Shown: positions 60,401-64,000 of the stretch, piece by piece
Layout: every line of letters begins with the position of its first letter
Position numbering within the stretch: the stretch's first letter is position 1
Assembly (NCBI GenBank): GCA_051599415.1
Contig: AP039710.1
Location: 124,001 to 188,000, forward strand
DNA: 64,000 nt
Source of the DNA: Savitreella phatthalungensis
Taxonomy: Eukaryota
Direction: 5' to 3'
Notes under the pieces: model-generated
What the model was told of the DNA's origin: nothing
What the model saw: the letters and a program-made list of their open reading frames with translations, nothing else
Databases searched by the model: none
Position numbers and translations under genes: made by a program

Positions 60401-63400
60401 TACTATCACAGCCCACAGTCAAAGACACTGTCATTCGAACCGTCCTCACCCTTGTCCAAGCCCTTGTAGACAACGAGGCTACCAGCTGTCTCTCTCCAGC
60501 GCACTGCAATCAGCTCTTCGGGCATCTCCTCCATGTCAAACCCGAAGGTGAGCTCCTTCGGCTCCAGGCCAGCGTTCTCGGCAAGCTTGCTCACGTCGTT
60601 AACGACACCTCGACGCTCGATCTACTGCTAGACCTGCTCATCCCGCTTCTCACCAGACCAGAACGCCTTGTGCCAAGGGACGCCAAGGACGACATTCTCA
60701 TCCTCGTTCGCGCCACCTTGCCCAGAGTCCTGCCAAGTAAATTCGAAGACCGCTATCTCGCCCTGACCTCCCTCTTCCGCGTCGTTCCGTCCCCAAAGAC
60801 CAGGCAGGTCCTCTGCGACATCCTTACAGCATTTGCAAACCACGACTCCCGATACGCCCACACTGCATCGATCGTATCAGACCTGAACGCCATGTCACGC
60901 AAGCGGTTCGATACCCCGGACTTCGACCGTCGTCTAGCGGCGTTCACGCTCCTGAACGAGACGGCATGGCAAGAACTCGATCGTCTTCAATGGCATCCCA
61001 TTCTCCAGAACCTCGTCTTTGCACTTAATGACAAGGACGAGCTTGCGATTCGCACAAACGCTGGCTACGCCTTTGATCGATTCTTCCAGGCGACAGAGCT
61101 CAATGACCTCTCATCACTTCTGGACGACGTGTACGACGCCGTCGTCAAAGGGTTCCGCATCACAGACGAGTCTTTGCGTAGCGAGTGGGTCAATGTGCTC
61201 GGGTCAGCCGTCAGGACATGCACCGGATGGACGCGAATCTCGGACCTCCGTCCACTGCTGATGGAGGACGACGAGGCCAACTTCTTCAGCAATATCCTTC
61301 ACATCCAGCAGCACCGTCGACTTCGAGCCCTTGCCAGACTCGCCACAATGTCGCGCGACATGCAGCCGTCCAATATCGCACACCTGCTCATGCCACTCGT
61401 CGAGCACTTCTGCAACCTCGACAACCACAACATCCGCGCCTCAGCCATCACCACCCTCGGCCAACTCGCAGCCGGACTACAGTACCCGCAATTCCTGGCA
61501 GTCTACAAGCGTCATGCTGCCGCCCTCAAAGAAGGCTCATCGATCACAGTCCGGTTGATAGGTAACCTCGTCGACGCTTTCGTCTCCCATGAGCCATCGC
61601 GTCTGCTCGATTCACGTCCGAAGGCCGAAAAGCTCGAGACCGCTCTAACAAACTCCCTCCTGCCGCCACTTGTATCCTTCTTGGAAGACAAGGACGAGGC
61701 AACCCTGCCGCTCCGCGTTCCGCTCACTCTGACAATCGTCAAGCTCACGCTTGAGCAGGCAGATTCAAACCTCGCGCCTGTTCTTACGCATATCGCGCAC
61801 GTTCTTCGAAGCAGATCGCAGGACGCTCGCGACAAAGCTCGTGCTGTCATTGGAGATATCGCTGGGCTGCTCGGTCCACAAGGACTCCCAAAGCTCCTGC
61901 AGCATCTCGTCGATGCACTCCAACGAGGCTACCAGCTCCACGTCCTCGGCTTCACCGTCCATGGTCTGCTGGCGAAGCTAGATGTCGAGCCTGGCGCGAT
62001 CGACGGGTGTCTGGCACTCATCGTTCGAGTCCTCGTCGATGATCTGTTTGGCGAAACGGGTGCGGAAAAGGACGCGGAAGGGTACGTGTCGTCAATGAAA
62101 GAGGTCAAGGCTCACAGGAGTTACGACTCGTTCGAGATCATCGCGCGCATCGCCTCACTCACCGCCATCGGTACCATCATACACCCAGTCCGACAACTCC
62201 TGATCGAATCGTCCTCTATCAAGTCACTCCGCAAGATAGACGAAGTACTGCGGCGGATGTCGTTGGGACTTCTGAAGAACGATCAAGCAGCCTCACGCGA
62301 AGGTCTCACCCTGTGCTACAACATCTACGAGCAGGCAGCCACAGCACCAAAGAACGGTCACAAGCTCATCCGATTCTCTCTCGACATCCTCCGAAATCTG
62401 CTGACAGGACATCCGGAATTGTGCGTGCCATCCAACGTCGCTGCATTCGTGCCGGTGATTGGCGACGCGGTCATGTCGCCGCACGAGGACGTCCAGATGT
62501 CGAGTCTCCGAATACTCACCCATCTCGTCAAGCTGGACGAGGCGGAGTTGCAAGCCGGCATGTCTGTCTTTGTCGATCGAGCCATGCAGCTGATTCGGTC
62601 ATCCCCATCAACAAAGACAGAGCTCGCGCAGACAGCTCTCAAGTTCATGGCAGCAGTACTTCGTGACCGTCAATCGACACGCGTTCAAGACAGAGCGATT
62701 GCCTACCTCCTCACCCGCGTCCGAGCAGACCTCGAGGAACCAGATCGCCAAGCCACAAGTTTCGCCCTCGTTCGAGCAGTTCTCAATCGCAAAACCATGC
62801 TCACAGAAGTGTACGAGACGATGGATGCGATAGCGGAGATGGTCGTGACAAGTCAGAGCAGTAGTGGGCGAGCGATTGCGAGATCAGCGCTGTTTGCCTT
62901 CCTACTCGACTACCCGCAAGGTAAAGCGCGATTCCGGAAGCAGATCTCATTCGTTCTAGGGAACCTGACATACATTCACTCCTCAGGCAGGCAATCGGTC
63001 CTCCAGCTGCTCGACCAGATCGTCAGCACCTTCCCACAGGAACTTCTGAAGGAAGACCATCTGGCAATCGCCCTAGCACTGACGATGTGCATGGTCAACG
63101 ACGACGAGGCAATCTGTCGCGAAGGCGCAGCCAAAGTCCTCAAGCGCCTCATCGACCGCACAGACGATAACAGACAACTAATGTCAGCTGTCAAGCAGTG
63201 GTTCCTTAACGGCGAAAACCCAACGCTAATCCGTGCAGCTGCCCAGGTCTTCGGCATCGTCTTCGAAGCAGGCGCAGCAAAATCCGACGACATCAAGGTC
63301 TTCATCGACATGGTCCGACTCCAAATCAAGTCTCACACAGCAGACCAGCAAGCCGACTGGCAACCACTATACTACTGTCTGATCGGTTTTACAAAGCTCC

Positions 63401-64000
63401 TAGCTTCTGACCCCGATACATACCTGAGTGCAGCGTTCCTGGAGATGTGGGTCGGTATCACAGATCTGCTGATGTTCCAGCACGCCTGGGTTCGGCTGGC
63501 TGCGTGTAGGCTGTTGGGCAACGCTTTTGGTGGGAAATCGAAAGTGACGACGACGGCTTTGGTGATGGGAAAGAATCTGAGTCTGACATCCGTTCAGCTA
63601 GTGACGGTCTCGAGGAAGCTTGTCCAGCAACTGAGATCGCCACACGTCACGCAAGATCTGTCATCGCAAGTGTCCAAGAACCTCGTCTTCCTCCTGAGGC
63701 TCTTCGACGAAGCCGCCTGGCAGATGGACGAGACGTCCTGTGTCGAGTGGCTTACACGCAAGCTCGCATCCCTCCTCCAGACAGACAAGGATCTCGACAA
63801 GGCGGTTGCAGGAATGATTCGCAGCGACCTGATCCGGATCCTAGCAGCGACCACGCAAAAGCTCGCGTCACCAACAATCGAACACCTCGCAGGAGTCATC
63901 ACCAGACCGCTGTACAAGTACGCGGAAGCAGAAGAAGCTTCATCGACCGACAAGGAAGACCTGCGTGAGCTTGCAAAGGAAGCGCTAGACCTTCTGAGGG
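57475..64000 (+). CDS. UTP20: U3 snoRNP/SSU processome HEAT-repeat protein UTP20, 5' part; truncated at window edge
   Basis: Not in the ORF track because it runs off the edge. ATG 57475 (MIPSKRLKTQSTKRTHVWKSFNQRLESI...SFFLDALAHWAELNL); the frame contains DFDRRLAAF, EANFFSNILHIQQHRRLRAL, LQRGYQLHVLGFTVH, MKEVKAHRSYDSFE and FLLDYPQGK motifs. Confidence 0.92.
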   Translation, partial: MIPSKRLKTQSTKRTHVWKSFNQRLESIDVHITRKVDRRLGDSQNVTSFFLDALAHWAELNLTVSFKIFLDDIEPLAGSLPQVLHHQHAIFTRLSQLIQTRDPLVEEPALALLVALARDLQADFTPIAPDALSLLVHLADHEDVQVVEAVFTSMAHLFRFLAKHLIKALPQIFTVLRPLLAHKRPHLVRFTSQAFSYLLRRQRDGSIFDHMLVANDCIEGCGLVVAEALFGPGRSFDSRGLEKYSMLLTKEGAVKVARYAAIAAVHHSDIDHFPPFLDTILSHKTPAATAALAACCTVRKGTRIPPEYWHGIVDRTTDAKLLAVAFAYAPLTKVMGDVPTTVAKLQDQDQDKDSLSVFAMTLAKLNIDTFNALFLPKCRNINHPAVLLTIPQLGKLTDPKGLNSNDKAEVKAVVDLLDGHEKQLHALWKRTPATQPVLLAAILDRLRDPALLTGVLDKPVWTSAAFLEAAHATIQQTKTQIPEIIPLALANLDKPGRQRRLWSIRLLATQPQLQSDVFSSLESLEAIELDLHAPRALAMQGRRIAQLYPSLTPEVRRVCLRQSFGLLTGNFTPLWDIAIDNLKAMSEDDVWQVVYRWLTKASFGEQPDEDVPEVAEEETIPEPQMDALKCFNTAEVEQIFAQNEAALTNPQTLYARRYAACLPTERTSDPRSQAIKILMGLTSLAEQHNRDLVPLFLEGTSLLELFSKFDNPGAAYRADEVRAKAMSLLGTRDNRTQTHALDLLMHFRDKALTPYEDNLKNLLGQTRSRDEITTFLQVNEGDSPIEDDHRAAVIPVVARILYGKMMDRRHNTSAKHGQANTRTIILSAVATLRQQDIAEFIPLFIPSALDTAPLPVLTGFCNMMEEAFEQLGSKLTPFLGSLLPAILLCHEREPAVRQTCSRIIALAMASCRKYDWPAVLSELMRVVVAPRLDKFATESTQAPSPLLRLFATWAEEKSFNAFLLKDDRILPQTFALLSQPTVKDTVIRTVLTLVQALVDNEATSCLSPAHCNQLFGHLLHVKPEGELLRLQASVLGKLAHVVNDTSTLDLLLDLLIPLLTRPERLVPRDAKDDILILVRATLPRVLPSKFEDRYLALTSLFRVVPSPKTRQVLCDILTAFANHDSRYAHTASIVSDLNAMSRKRFDTPDFDRRLAAFTLLNETAWQELDRLQWHPILQNLVFALNDKDELAIRTNAGYAFDRFFQATELNDLSSLLDDVYDAVVKGFRITDESLRSEWVNVLGSAVRTCTGWTRISDLRPLLMEDDEANFFSNILHIQQHRRLRALARLATMSRDMQPSNIAHLLMPLVEHFCNLDNHNIRASAITTLGQLAAGLQYPQFLAVYKRHAAALKEGSSITVRLIGNLVDAFVSHEPSRLLDSRPKAEKLETALTNSLLPPLVSFLEDKDEATLPLRVPLTLTIVKLTLEQADSNLAPVLTHIAHVLRSRSQDARDKARAVIGDIAGLLGPQGLPKLLQHLVDALQRGYQLHVLGFTVHGLLAKLDVEPGAIDGCLALIVRVLVDDLFGETGAEKDAEGYVSSMKEVKAHRSYDSFEIIARIASLTAIGTIIHPVRQLLIESSSIKSLRKIDEVLRRMSLGLLKNDQAASREGLTLCYNIYEQAATAPKNGHKLIRFSLDILRNLLTGHPELCVPSNVAAFVPVIGDAVMSPHEDVQMSSLRILTHLVKLDEAELQAGMSVFVDRAMQLIRSSPSTKTELAQTALKFMAAVLRDRQSTRVQDRAIAYLLTRVRADLEEPDRQATSFALVRAVLNRKTMLTEVYETMDAIAEMVVTSQSSSGRAIARSALFAFLLDYPQGKARFRKQISFVLGNLTYIHSSGRQSVLQLLDQIVSTFPQELLKEDHLAIALALTMCMVNDDEAICREGAAKVLKRLIDRTDDNRQLMSAVKQWFLNGENPTLIRAAAQVFGIVFEAGAAKSDDIKVFIDMVRLQIKSHTADQQADWQPLYYCLIGFTKLLASDPDTYLSAAFLEMWVGITDLLMFQHAWVRLAACRLLGNAFGGKSKVTTTALVMGKNLSLTSVQLVTVSRKLVQQLRSPHVTQDLSSQVSKNLVFLLRLFDEAAWQMDETSCVEWLTRKLASLLQTDKDLDKAVAGMIRSDLIRILAATTQKLASPTIEHLAGVITRPLYKYAEAEEASSTDKEDLRELAKEALDLLR

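Overview
Eukaryotic (fungal) genomic DNA, moderately GC-rich, gene-dense and almost intron-free. It is probably an ascomycete yeast-like fungus; a Taphrinomycotina affinity is my impression from the protein sequences and was not tested. About 22 protein-coding genes are supported. They include the 5' part of adenylate cyclase (runs off the left edge), THOC7/Mft1, Cdc25, an MFS monocarboxylate-type transporter, an IME4/METTL3 m6A methyltransferase, a pyruvate decarboxylase-family enzyme, an AIM25-like scramblase, a secreted Ser/Thr-rich protein, ISC1, WDR5/SWD3, an FLC/Pkd2 TRP-like protein, SRC1/HEH1, REV1, peroxisomal acyl-CoA oxidase, a CRT10-like protein, cullin-3, UBR1, a LETM1-domain protein and UTP20 (runs off the right edge). 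No tRNA, rRNA, CRISPR array or intact transposon was recognised. Three observations stand out. (1) The only coding intron found is in SRC1/HEH1; it is stop-free in the upstream frame, so splicing versus retention would give a 692-aa two-TM protein or a 615-aa one-TM protein with a novel acidic tail, with part of exon 2 dual-coding. (2) A ~650-750 nt ORF-free block at 33.45-34.19 kb is built from nested inverted repeats and is a candidate structured ncRNA or mirror-image bidirectional promoter. (3) A GTTTCAG(G/A)T(A/T)GAT motif recurs in several intergenic regions. All gene calls come from motif recognition by eye; no database search was run.
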